DNA of 64,000 nucleotides from Candidatus Nezhaarchaeales archaeon (GTDB lineage Archaea; Thermoproteota; Methanomethylicia; Nezhaarchaeales; WYZ-LMO8), in the NCBI GenBank assembly GCA_038887515.1, contig JAWAKK010000001.1, positions 448,001 to 512,000 on the forward strand. Direction: 5' to 3'. Below are positions 1 to 8,871 of the stretch, in pieces. Positions within the stretch are counted from its first letter, which is position 1, and the number at the start of each line of letters is the position of its first letter. The translations under genes were made by a program, and so were the position numbers. The notes under the pieces are model-generated. The model did not search any database. It saw only the letters and a program-made list of their open reading frames with translations, and was not told where the DNA came from.

Positions 1-380
1 AAAGCCTCGTTTAGAGCTCCAGCTTTAAATCCCGTAGCGGTCCTCCTATGTATAAAGATGACCTCTAGATCCCTTCGAGCACGATTACATACCTCCTCCA
101 TCGGCTTAGGATCTTGGTCATCGCACACGATTACGACCTTGATCTTATCTCTAGGATATCTTTGCTGTCGGATCGAAGCAAGGACCCTTTCAAGAAGGGC
201 CGGCGATTCTCCTCGAATAGGTATGTGAAAAGCGACAACAGGTGCACTCGAAATATATCCCTTGGGACTCAAATACCTAGAAGATGCGCTTGCTATACAT
301 ACGTGGTAGCCTAGATAAACGAGTTCTGTTATCGCTATGACTAACAATAGTGTTAGAGATAGTATCGATGCTATCTCCAT
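1..380 (-). CDS. GT2 glycosyltransferase, cellulose-synthase-like (5' part; runs off window edge; missing from ORF track)
   Basis: Manual translation from ATG at 380: MEIASILSLTLLLV (TM) ...FHIPIRGE...QRYPRDKIKVVIVCDD...IHRRTATGFKAGALNEA, typical CESA-like GT2 motifs. Confidence 0.85.
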   Translation of the reverse strand, partial: MEIASILSLTLLLVIAITELVYLGYHVCIASASSRYLSPKGYISSAPVVAFHIPIRGESPALLERVLASIRQQRYPRDKIKVVIVCDDQDPKPMEEVCNRARRDLEVIFIHRRTATGFKAGALNEA

Positions 381-427
381 GGCTTTATGCCTAATAGTAG
401 TAGATAAGCTTAGACTTAGCTATTTCT

Positions 428-706
428 CTAGTCTTCCATAAACTTGCTCTTCCACGCACCCTTAAACTTACCTACCTTATCTACAAACCAGACGCTTCTA
501 CCATCAACTACTTTATGGTAGAACTCGCTTTTGAAGCGCATTATCTCGTTTCTATATTCATCAAGCTTCTTAAAGACCCTAACCTCTGTTTCCCTCCTCC
601 TCACCCTATTCTTGCATACTGGGCATTGATATACCCTTGTTAAAGCAAAGAACTTTGAACCACAATTGCCACAGTTATATTCGTGAATTTTGATAACGTA
701 ATTCAC
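428..706 (-). CDS. Small zinc-ribbon protein
   Basis: CGNC...CPVC pair in 92 aa. Confidence 0.6.
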   Translation of the reverse strand: MNYVIKIHEYNCGNCGSKFFALTRVYQCPVCKNRVRRRETEVRVFKKLDEYRNEIMRFKSEFYHKVVDGRSVWFVDKVGKFKGAWKSKFMED

Positions 707-1074
707 AATACCACCTCGACAGAGGCACTAGAGTTAATTGAAACTATCTAATGAAAAGGTTTTTGGATTTACGTGAAAACTTTGTTTAAAAAGTTAAAGT
801 TAAGAATGCACACCTCTAAATAAGATTCTGCAATAGTCGAAAAATAGTTATCGAGAGAAACTCACTGAGAAAGTATCTGAGATTCACGGACCCGAGCAGA
901 AACCCCTTTTTAAGCTTCCGAGATACTTAGAAAGACAAAATTAATTATACCATAACTATGTGAAGAAAATCCAGAAATGTTTAAGATAGATGTACAACTT
1001 CTTCTGTTTGGACTTTAGTTGCATGCTTGTCTTAATCGACGTATTAAAACTTCAAAATTCTTTTTAGAGACCTG

Positions 1075-1281
1075 CTAGTAGTTGAAACTTCGACGCTTCG
1101 ACGTAAAGTACAATGCTTTGTGAAAACTTTTGTCTTCAAGAGGTTTATGAAACTCTTTCGTTAAGAGATCTCTGAGGGCTGTCCTTATTGCTTCACTCCT
1201 CGAAGGGTAAATCCCTGACCTAACAAGCTCATCCAGCTCTCTTAAGTAGGCTTCAGGAATTTTGACCGTTATTATCCTCAT
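1075..1281 (-). CDS. Ribbon-helix-helix (CopG/Arc/MetJ) regulator, CdrS-like
   Basis: MRIITVKIPE..LDELV..G.YPSRSEAIR.ALRDLL RHH signature. Confidence 0.85.
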   Translation of the reverse strand: MRIITVKIPEAYLRELDELVRSGIYPSRSEAIRTALRDLLTKEFHKPLEDKSFHKALYFTSKRRSFNY

Positions 1282-1580
1282 CCTATCACCTATAACGTAG
1301 GGATAACACGTTCAATAAAAGGATAGGTTATATTCTTGAATTATACATCAAAATATGCTCTCTTATTAGAATTTAAACGACCATGGCAATGGTTTTTATC
1401 AAAAGTCATCAGTTAAAGGTCAAATCACGATAAGTGAATTATTGCGAGCTTAAACCCGTTACTTAAGAAAGTCCGGGCGACTTGAAAGTACAAATTAATT
1501 TACAGCTGACTTCTCACATAAAGCTTATATTAAATACAGTTTCAGGCTAACTTCGTGTCGAATTGTCTCGGTGATGAGTA

Positions 1581-3041
1581 TTGAAATTGATAAAGAGTAC
1601 AAGGAGCCTATGCCCCGAATGCCTACAAGTTATCGATGCAAGCGTTTACGAAGAAAATGGGCGCGTATATATTTCTAAATCATGCCCTCAGCACGGAGAG
1701 TTCACAGACGTCTATTGGAGCGACTACGAACTTTACTGCGAAGCCGAGAAGTGGAGTGTCGTAGGCACGGGTATATGGAACCCTCAAAAGAAGAAAGAGA
1801 AGGGTTGCCCTTACGATTGCGGATTATGCGAGAACCATAAGACCTGTACAGTGCTAGGAATCATAGATGTCACAAATAGATGCAACCTTAATTGCCCGAT
1901 ATGTTTTGCCCACGCAGGAGCTATCGGTTACCTCTATGAACCAAATAAGGATCAGATAAGACAAATGCTAAAGAACCTTAGAGGGCTTAAACCCATACCT
2001 CCTACAGCTCTTCAATACTCAGGCGGGGAACCTACCATTAGAAAGGATTTACCAGAGCTAGTTGCCATGGCTAAGGAGGAGGGCTTTAGGCACGTAGAGG
2101 TCAACAGCAACGGTATTGTTCTGGCAAAGAACATAGATTTCTATAAGGAGTTGCTTGATGCAGGCATGTCAACTATATACCTTCAGTTCGATGGCTTAAC
2201 GGATGACGTCTACATTAAGACAAGAGGGCTCCCGCTTCTTGACGTCAAGTTTAGAGTTATAGAAAACGCCAGAAAATTGAATCACGACTCCATAGTTCTA
2301 GTGGTGACCCTCGTCAAGGGGATTAACGATCATCAATTGGGCGATATAATAAGGTTTGCAGCCAAGAACTGCGATGTTGTTAGAGGGATAAACGTCCAGC
2401 CGGTCTCGATAACCGGAAGGATAAATAAAGCAGAGAGAGAAAAGATGAGGATAACTATACCAGACTTTATGAAGCTATGCGAAGAACAGACTGGAGGATC
2501 AATTAGGGTCTCTGATTTTAGGCCAGTACCTTGGCCTGTGGCTTTAGCTAGAGCTGTTGGAGCTCTTAAAGGCAAGAGCTATCCAGAGTTCACGGCTCAC
2601 CCACATTGTGGTGTTGCCACGTTCTTCTTGGTAGAAGGCGATGATATCATTCCCGTGACAAGATACGTAAATGTAGATAAGGTAGCAGAGGACTTCTGGG
2701 AGGTCTATAAGCTTGCATCTGAAGGTAAAAGGTTTAGAGCATACATAAAACTTATGAAGACTAGTAGCCGAATTAAGGGAAGGCTTAGGAAGTACATGTT
2801 GAGCGTACTAGTTAAAGGATCTTATGATGCTCTCGGACAACTCATGAGAAAGATGGTGTTGCTGGGCTGCATGCACTTCATGGATCCTTACAACTTTGAT
2901 ACCCAAAGAGTTGAGAGGTGCTGCATTCACTACGCTCTACCTGATGGAACCATAAGGCCCTTCTGCACCTACAATAGCATCCATCGATCGTCAGTGGAAA
3001 AAGCCTTGAGTACCCCAATTTCGCTTAAAACTGAGAGTTGA
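1581..3041 (+). CDS. tes: Tetraether lipid synthase (Tes/GDGT-MAS, MJ0619 family radical SAM)
   Basis: N-terminal CPEC..CPQH metal site, CPYDCGLCENH cluster motif, CNLNCPIC radical SAM motif, C-terminal MHFMDPYNFD..RV.RCCIHY...PFC. Confidence 0.88.
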   Translation: MKLIKSTRSLCPECLQVIDASVYEENGRVYISKSCPQHGEFTDVYWSDYELYCEAEKWSVVGTGIWNPQKKKEKGCPYDCGLCENHKTCTVLGIIDVTNRCNLNCPICFAHAGAIGYLYEPNKDQIRQMLKNLRGLKPIPPTALQYSGGEPTIRKDLPELVAMAKEEGFRHVEVNSNGIVLAKNIDFYKELLDAGMSTIYLQFDGLTDDVYIKTRGLPLLDVKFRVIENARKLNHDSIVLVVTLVKGINDHQLGDIIRFAAKNCDVVRGINVQPVSITGRINKAEREKMRITIPDFMKLCEEQTGGSIRVSDFRPVPWPVALARAVGALKGKSYPEFTAHPHCGVATFFLVEGDDIIPVTRYVNVDKVAEDFWEVYKLASEGKRFRAYIKLMKTSSRIKGRLRKYMLSVLVKGSYDALGQLMRKMVLLGCMHFMDPYNFDTQRVERCCIHYALPDGTIRPFCTYNSIHRSSVEKALSTPISLKTES

Positions 3042-3051
3042 CCTAGTAAAT

Positions 3052-3918
3052 ATGACTAGGAAAGGCCTACTAAGAGAGTTAACCAAAAAGATTGCACCGC
3101 CAAATTTATTGGAGAAGGTACCTAAAGGATTTGAGATCATAGGGGACATAGCAATTCTAAACATACCAAGAGAGCTTGAAGAATATAGATTTAATGTGGC
3201 CGAAACCCTCCTAAATTACTTAAAACCTAGAATTAGGCTCGTAGTCAGAAGGACATCACCTGCCAAGGATCCTGAAAGGGTTCATAATTATGAAATCTTG
3301 GCAGGGTCTGGAAGCTTTGAGACTTTACATAGAGAGAGCGGATGTGTTTTTAAGTTAGATATATCCAAGGTATTCTTTACGTCTAGACTTCAATACGAGA
3401 GGTATAGGATAGCAAGTATCGTTAAGCCTGGCGAGCTTATAATAAACATGTTTGCGGGTGTAGGACCTTATTCGATAATCATAGCGAAGAGGGTTCCGGG
3501 CGTTAAAGTTTACTCCATAGATGTAAACCCTGAAGCTTACAGGTTCATGGTGGAGAATATAAAGTTGAATAATGTTGAAGACAAAGTCGTACCGCTTTTA
3601 GGCGACGCATCAGAAGTCATAGATACTCACGATCTTAAAGGCATAGCGGACAGGGTTCTAATGCCATCGCCTGAACATGCAATTAACCACTTAGTTAAGG
3701 CTGTTAAGGCTTTGAAGAGAGAAGGATTCATCCATTACTATGATGTGGCTTGTCGAGTAGATGACTTGCAAGGTTACGTAGAAGATAAAGTATCGCCAAT
3801 TCTAGACGACTTAAACTTGGAGTGGAAGATAAGCTTTGTTAGACCTATAAGATCTGTGGCCCCCTACAAGCGCTACGTTTGTGCCGATATTTACTTGAAT
3901 AAGAAACGGGCTTGCTAA
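3052..3918 (+). CDS. Trm5/Taw2 family tRNA methyltransferase (m1G37/wyosine pathway)
   Basis: FEIIGDIA, ETLHRESGC.FKLD..KVFF, NMFAGVGPYS, ADRVLMP. Confidence 0.85.
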   Translation: MTRKGLLRELTKKIAPPNLLEKVPKGFEIIGDIAILNIPRELEEYRFNVAETLLNYLKPRIRLVVRRTSPAKDPERVHNYEILAGSGSFETLHRESGCVFKLDISKVFFTSRLQYERYRIASIVKPGELIINMFAGVGPYSIIIAKRVPGVKVYSIDVNPEAYRFMVENIKLNNVEDKVVPLLGDASEVIDTHDLKGIADRVLMPSPEHAINHLVKAVKALKREGFIHYYDVACRVDDLQGYVEDKVSPILDDLNLEWKISFVRPIRSVAPYKRYVCADIYLNKKRAC

Positions 3919-4196
3919 GTCACTCTCCTAACTTTACACACTATGACTTGATCAATGCTTCTTATGGCTGCACTGTTTTCAACTATTATTTTCGTTACCT
4001 CATCGAAATCTATGTTTGAACCAGTGATTGTTATTTTAACGGTTTCAGTTTTTGCGTCAACTTCCGTCACGATTACATCGACTTCTCTGACACCTTTAGC
4101 TGAGCATATTGCCCTAGATAGTTCTGTTATAGGTATCTCTCTCGGCTTTAACGCATCTATGAGGAGCTTCCTTATAACTATTGACATATGAAACAC
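3915..4196 (-). CDS. DUF211 family protein
   Basis: IRKLLIDALKP...EVDAKTETVKITITG..ID...SIDQV; paired with VIT1-like gene as usual. Confidence 0.8.
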   Translation of the reverse strand: MFHMSIVIRKLLIDALKPREIPITELSRAICSAKGVREVDVIVTEVDAKTETVKITITGSNIDFDEVTKIIVENSAAIRSIDQVIVCKVRRVT

Positions 4197-4205
4197 CTAA
4201 TACAC

Positions 4206-4859
4206 TTATACATAGATTCCGAGCAAGACTATAACCATTGCTGATGCAATTCCAGCCATTACCATATACAAGATGTACCCTACAGGCTTATTTCTAGCTA
4301 TCCTACCTAAGAAGAAGCCCAATAAGCCTAGCATCACAATGCTAATCACCATTGAAGTTATGACGCTCACGGTGAAGTCCAACATAAATACTTGAGAGGC
4401 TACGAAGGGCATCGATAGAATCGTGCACACTATGAGAGGCGAAATTCCATCAATTACTGAAACTATGAAGACCGCCAATCTCGATGACTTTTCAAATATA
4501 GATCCCTTCATTTCTTGAAACATAGTTTCTTCGAGTTCACGTACCTTTCTTTCTCTCTCAGCTTTCTCGGTCAAATAAGCCCCTAAAGATCCTGAAAAGA
4601 ACATCGCTAAACCGGCTGAAAGTATAGTCCTAACTATTATGCTCGGATTTTCAATGCCTGAAATCCACATGCCCATTATTATCCCTAACGCGGCTAAAGC
4701 ACCGTCGAACATATTCATGACAAAGTATCTTCTACATATTTCGGTTACTCCACTTATTACTATCATTCTTTTAATGCTAGCACTAGGTTTACGCTTAAGT
4801 ATAGTAGGCGTATGAACCTTATAACGCCGTTTCGACCCGTTACTACCATGTTCCTCCAT
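4206..4859 (-). CDS. VIT1/CCC1-like membrane metal transporter
   Basis: RRYFVMNMFDG, GAYLTEKAERER, five hydrophobic segments. Confidence 0.75.
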   Translation of the reverse strand: MEEHGSNGSKRRYKVHTPTILKRKPSASIKRMIVISGVTEICRRYFVMNMFDGALAALGIIMGMWISGIENPSIIVRTILSAGLAMFFSGSLGAYLTEKAERERKVRELEETMFQEMKGSIFEKSSRLAVFIVSVIDGISPLIVCTILSMPFVASQVFMLDFTVSVITSMVISIVMLGLLGFFLGRIARNKPVGYILYMVMAGIASAMVIVLLGIYV

Positions 4860-4992
4860 ATGCTCTAGCGCAAAGTGACACCCCTCTATTCGGGGGTTTA
4901 AGTTTTATGCTTTTATTACGTAAGACGTTGAGAAGTAAAACTTATTAGCCTTCTATAAAAAGTTGTAGGCTTGCGGAGGCTTCAGATCATGG

Positions 4993-6570
4993 GTGATCGT
5001 CAAATCGAGGTTCATTGAGATATACGATACCACTCTAAGGGATGGAGCTCAAGGCGTTGGGATTAGCTTCTCGCTTCAAGACAAAATAAGTTTAACGTTA
5101 AAACTCGACGAGTTCGGAATACCCTTCATTGAAGGGGGTTGGCCCTTCTCAAACCCCAAGGATGAAGAGTTCTTTAAAGCAATAAAGAATTATCACCTTA
5201 AGTATGCTAAAATAACAGCTTTTGGAAGCACTAAGAGGAAAGACGTTAAACCTGAAAATGACGAAAACCTTAATGCTATAATCGACTGCGGCGTAGATTA
5301 CGCAACGATATTTGGTAAAGCGTGGACCCTTCATGTCAGGGAGGTTTTAAAAGTTAAGCTCCATGACAACCTAGATATGATATACGATTCGATAAGCTAT
5401 CTAAGGGACCATGGAATAAAAGTGATATTTGATGTCGAACACTTCTACGATGGTTACAAGGAGGATCCCGAGTACGCTATAAAGGTACTCGAAGTTGCTT
5501 GGGAAGCCGGTGCCGAGAGACTTGTTCTATGCGATACCAATGGAGGTACCCTGACTCACGAGTTCTACGAAATAACGAAGAAAATATGCGAAAAGTTTGG
5601 CAGCAGTATAGGAGTCCACTGTCACAACGACTCTGGATTAGCCGTGGCCAATAGCTTAATGGCTGTAATAGCCGGGGCAGTTCATGTTCAAGGGACCATT
5701 AACGGTATTGGAGAAAGATGTGGTAATGCAGATCTCTGTCAAGTAATTCCTGCTTTGGAACTTAAAATGGGCCTTAAAGCTTTAAGGAAAGCTAATGGAC
5801 TTCAAGAGCTTAAAACGCTTTCGACATTTGTATATGACCTCGTCGGGATGGATCCCAATCCGTATCAACCCTACACGGGACAATACGCGTTTGCTCATAA
5901 AGCTGGTGCGCATAGCGACGGAGTAATAAAAGTGTCGAGGGCATATGAGCATATAGACCCATCGCTTGTAGGTAATGAAAGGCTTATAACCGTCTCTGAG
6001 CTTTCGGGTAGATCCGCTATAGTCTACAAGGCTAGAAAGTTCGGGCTGAACCTTGATAGAAACGATTCTGTGGTCCTAAAGGTTTTGAGAACGGTCAAAG
6101 AACTCGAATCTTCCGGCAAGAGATACGAAGATGCTGATGGCTCGCTTTACCTTCTAATACTGAAGTCCATGGGTAAATATAGGCCTCACTTTGAAGTATT
6201 GTCGTGGACCGTCACGAGTAGAGCAAGTAAAACAGGTGTAAAGTCTTTATGTAATATAAAGCTCAAAGTTAAGGGGAGGATAATTGCGAGCACTGCGGAA
6301 GGAATAGGCCCCGTACACGCACAGGACTTAGCCCTAGTCGAGGCTTTAAAGTCTGAGTATCCATGCATTGAAGCCGTTAGACTGATGAACTACAAGGTGT
6401 CAATAGTTGGCAGAAGCGCAGGAACGGCATCGGTTGTAAGGGTTCTCATAGAGTTTGAGGGGAACGGAGAGTATTGGTCGACAGCAGGGTCTTCAGCTAA
6501 CATACTTGAAGCAAGTATGGAGGCGCTAGTTGATGGATACGAGTTTTACCTCCATAGACGCGAACCGTGA
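4993..6570 (+). CDS. cimA: Citramalate synthase (DRE-TIM family)
   Basis: DTTLRDGAQ, IEGGWP.SNPKD, HCHND, GIGERCGN, FAHKAG.H, C-terminal regulatory domain. Confidence 0.85.
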   Translation: MIVKSRFIEIYDTTLRDGAQGVGISFSLQDKISLTLKLDEFGIPFIEGGWPFSNPKDEEFFKAIKNYHLKYAKITAFGSTKRKDVKPENDENLNAIIDCGVDYATIFGKAWTLHVREVLKVKLHDNLDMIYDSISYLRDHGIKVIFDVEHFYDGYKEDPEYAIKVLEVAWEAGAERLVLCDTNGGTLTHEFYEITKKICEKFGSSIGVHCHNDSGLAVANSLMAVIAGAVHVQGTINGIGERCGNADLCQVIPALELKMGLKALRKANGLQELKTLSTFVYDLVGMDPNPYQPYTGQYAFAHKAGAHSDGVIKVSRAYEHIDPSLVGNERLITVSELSGRSAIVYKARKFGLNLDRNDSVVLKVLRTVKELESSGKRYEDADGSLYLLILKSMGKYRPHFEVLSWTVTSRASKTGVKSLCNIKLKVKGRIIASTAEGIGPVHAQDLALVEALKSEYPCIEAVRLMNYKVSIVGRSAGTASVVRVLIEFEGNGEYWSTAGSSANILEASMEALVDGYEFYLHRREP

Positions 6571-6656
6571 TGGCTGTATCGAGTCGGCCTTCAAGCTCCA
6601 TAGCTTTTAAAACTTATTAGCTTTAGTAAACCATTAACTAATTCGGTGGATGCGTC

Positions 6657-7070
6657 TTGTTCGATGGCTTTAGGGCTCTCAGGATGAAGATCCTAGCAGA
6701 GAAGATATCTGTAGACGACGCTATGCGTTGTCTCTTGGGCTTAAGTCGAGACGAAGTTAAAGCGTACTTCATGCTACTAAATAACCCTATGACCATTGAG
6801 GATATAGCAAAAGCCTTAGGCAAAAGCAAGCCTTCCGCTTACAGGATAGCTGTTAAGCTTACAAACATGGGTCTCCTAGTAAGGAAAGCTTACCTAATAG
6901 ATAAGGGAGGGTACTACTACAAGTATGAAGCCGTCGAACCAGAAAAAGTTAAGAGAGAATTACAGGAAGCAGTTAACGTCGTGTGCAAGAAGGTAATGGA
7001 GGCTTTGCACCAAGATTTCGAGGAGATCAAGAGAAGGCTGCAAAGTACCGAACCCAGAAGGGCCGCTTAA
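6657..7070 (+). CDS. TrmB-like winged-helix transcriptional regulator (likely start ATG 6684)
   Basis: CLLGLS..EV..Y..LL, HTH, GGYYYKYEAV pattern. Confidence 0.75.
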   Translation: MFDGFRALRMKILAEKISVDDAMRCLLGLSRDEVKAYFMLLNNPMTIEDIAKALGKSKPSAYRIAVKLTNMGLLVRKAYLIDKGGYYYKYEAVEPEKVKRELQEAVNVVCKKVMEALHQDFEEIKRRLQSTEPRRAA

Positions 7071-7155
7071 AGCTCACTTTTTAAAATCACATTAAATAAT
7101 TCATAAAACTTAAAGTTCCCTTGCCCGTCTTCCTAAAAGTTGGTGTAACTAGACC

Positions 7156-7623
7156 TTGTCAGTGAGAATATCCCCACTTCAAGTCTATAAGCTTCTACCC
7201 GGGTTGAATTGTAAAAAATGCGGTACGACCTGTATGGGTTTTGCAGTTAAGCTCGTAAGTAAACAAGCTAAAATAGAAGAGTGTATGCCGCTTATTGTCG
7301 AACCTAAGTACTCTGATAAGCTGGCGAAATTGAGAGAACTTTTGGCTCCAGTAATTTCTGCGAGCGAGACTTTAATTCAAATAGATTATGAGAAGTGCAT
7401 TGGATGCGGCAATTGTGTCGTTGCATGTCCGGAAAACATAATTTTAGATCCGATGACTTCGAAAGGTTACAATCCGAAGAAAGCCGACGCTCTATGGACC
7501 ATTGAGGACGGCAAGATAAAGATCCTACACTTAGAGAAGTGTAGACGTTATCCTCCATCGAGGCTGAACTGCAACGTCTGCGAGCTTGTCTGTTATAGCG
7601 GGGCTATTAGAGTGGTGGCGTAG
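7156..7623 (+). CDS. fwdG: Fe-S domain + 2x[4Fe-4S] protein, FwdG-like
   Basis: YKLLPGLNCKKCG.TCMGFA..C Fe-S domain plus CIGCGNCVVACP and C..CNVCELVC. Confidence 0.7.
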   Translation: MSVRISPLQVYKLLPGLNCKKCGTTCMGFAVKLVSKQAKIEECMPLIVEPKYSDKLAKLRELLAPVISASETLIQIDYEKCIGCGNCVVACPENIILDPMTSKGYNPKKADALWTIEDGKIKILHLEKCRRYPPSRLNCNVCELVCYSGAIRVVA

Positions 7624-7625
7624 AA

Positions 7626-8861
7626 GTGATCGTAGAGAATGCGGTGTGCACCGGTTGCTCACTATTTTGTAACGATATAGATGTAGAAGTAGAGAACCTT
7701 TCAGTTATTAAGACGAGAGGTGCTTGTAGTCATGGAACTGCTAGGCTTAAGGGCTTTCATCAGAACAGGCTTAAGGAGCCGCTTCTAGAAGGCAAAAAAG
7801 TTGGTGTTGACGAGGCTGTAGAGGCTATAGCTGAGAAGATCAAGCAGTCTAGAGCTCCGTTAATTTATGGCGGAGAGTCATCTAGCAATAGGGTCGTCGA
7901 ACTAGCATTAAGATTGGCGGAGAAAATCTACGCATACTATGATTCTCCACCTTCCATATGCAGAATAACGGTACCTATCCAAGAAGAAGTTCGAGTTAAA
8001 AACTTAACACTCGATGAGATATTAGACGAAGCCGACTTTGTGCTCTACTGGGGCGTAAGCATAGCCGACACACACTTGCGGCACGCCAGTAAGTACGCGG
8101 TTATGCCTCGAGGTAGAACGATAAAGATGGGGAGGGAAAACAGAGTCGTTTCGGTGATAGACGTAAGGGAATCTATGAGTATGAAGATAGCTCAACATAG
8201 GATAGTAATTAATCCTTGTACTGATATTTACATGGTTAAGGCAATAATGGACTCTATGGAGGGGTCAGCCCAAATACTTGGCGCATCAACAGCAAGACAA
8301 GTAATGTTAATGTCATCTGACCTTAAAGGCGCCTCATCTATAGCAATTTTCTTAGGTCGAGGCATAATGAGATGCGGAAAGGGTGAAGAAAACGTAAGGG
8401 CACTCTTAAGTTTAGCGAAAACGCTAATTGAAGAACGTAAGTGCTCAGTCCATCCATTAGCCGAAAATATTAACTCTTACGGCCAAGCGAAAGTTATGTG
8501 GAAAACCTTAGGGACATGCCTACCGTACAACTTTAAAGAAAGAAAGGTGGTGGAACCAGTTGACTCTTTACTTGCACGTACGAACATAGATTTCGTCCTA
8601 GCCATTGGTAGCGACTTCCTCACCCAGATACCTCTTCAAATTTCAAAGAAACTTAAAGGAAAGATAGCGTGTACTACCGAGCTAAAAAGCGTGACGCAGG
8701 CCTATTCTAATATCGCTGTGCCAGTCAAAATTTTAGGGGTCGAGACTGGAGGAGTCGTTACTAGGACGGATGGGGTGGACGTTGAACTCAAACATTTTAT
8801 ATGTAACGAAGAATTGCCAAGCGAAGAAGAGGTCTTAAATCGCCTGCTATCTTTAATCTAA
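7626..8861 (+). CDS. fwdB: Formylmethanofuran dehydrogenase subunit B-like W/Mo-pterin protein (divergent active site)
   Basis: CTGCSLFCND..C [4Fe-4S] motif, TLDEI..ADFVLYWG...THLRH.SKY...PRG, GVETGG...RTDGV. Confidence 0.75.
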   Translation: MIVENAVCTGCSLFCNDIDVEVENLSVIKTRGACSHGTARLKGFHQNRLKEPLLEGKKVGVDEAVEAIAEKIKQSRAPLIYGGESSSNRVVELALRLAEKIYAYYDSPPSICRITVPIQEEVRVKNLTLDEILDEADFVLYWGVSIADTHLRHASKYAVMPRGRTIKMGRENRVVSVIDVRESMSMKIAQHRIVINPCTDIYMVKAIMDSMEGSAQILGASTARQVMLMSSDLKGASSIAIFLGRGIMRCGKGEENVRALLSLAKTLIEERKCSVHPLAENINSYGQAKVMWKTLGTCLPYNFKERKVVEPVDSLLARTNIDFVLAIGSDFLTQIPLQISKKLKGKIACTTELKSVTQAYSNIAVPVKILGVETGGVVTRTDGVDVELKHFICNEELPSEEEVLNRLLSLI

Positions 8862-8871
8862 GGTGTTATAG

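Noticed and set aside
114-314. 66-aa plus-strand ORF
   Set aside because: Shadow of the minus-strand GT2 gene (1-380).
4937-6621. AAAACTTATTAGC repeated before cimA and the TrmB-like gene
   Set aside because: Fits ordinary BRE-TATA promoter sequence rather than a specific operator.
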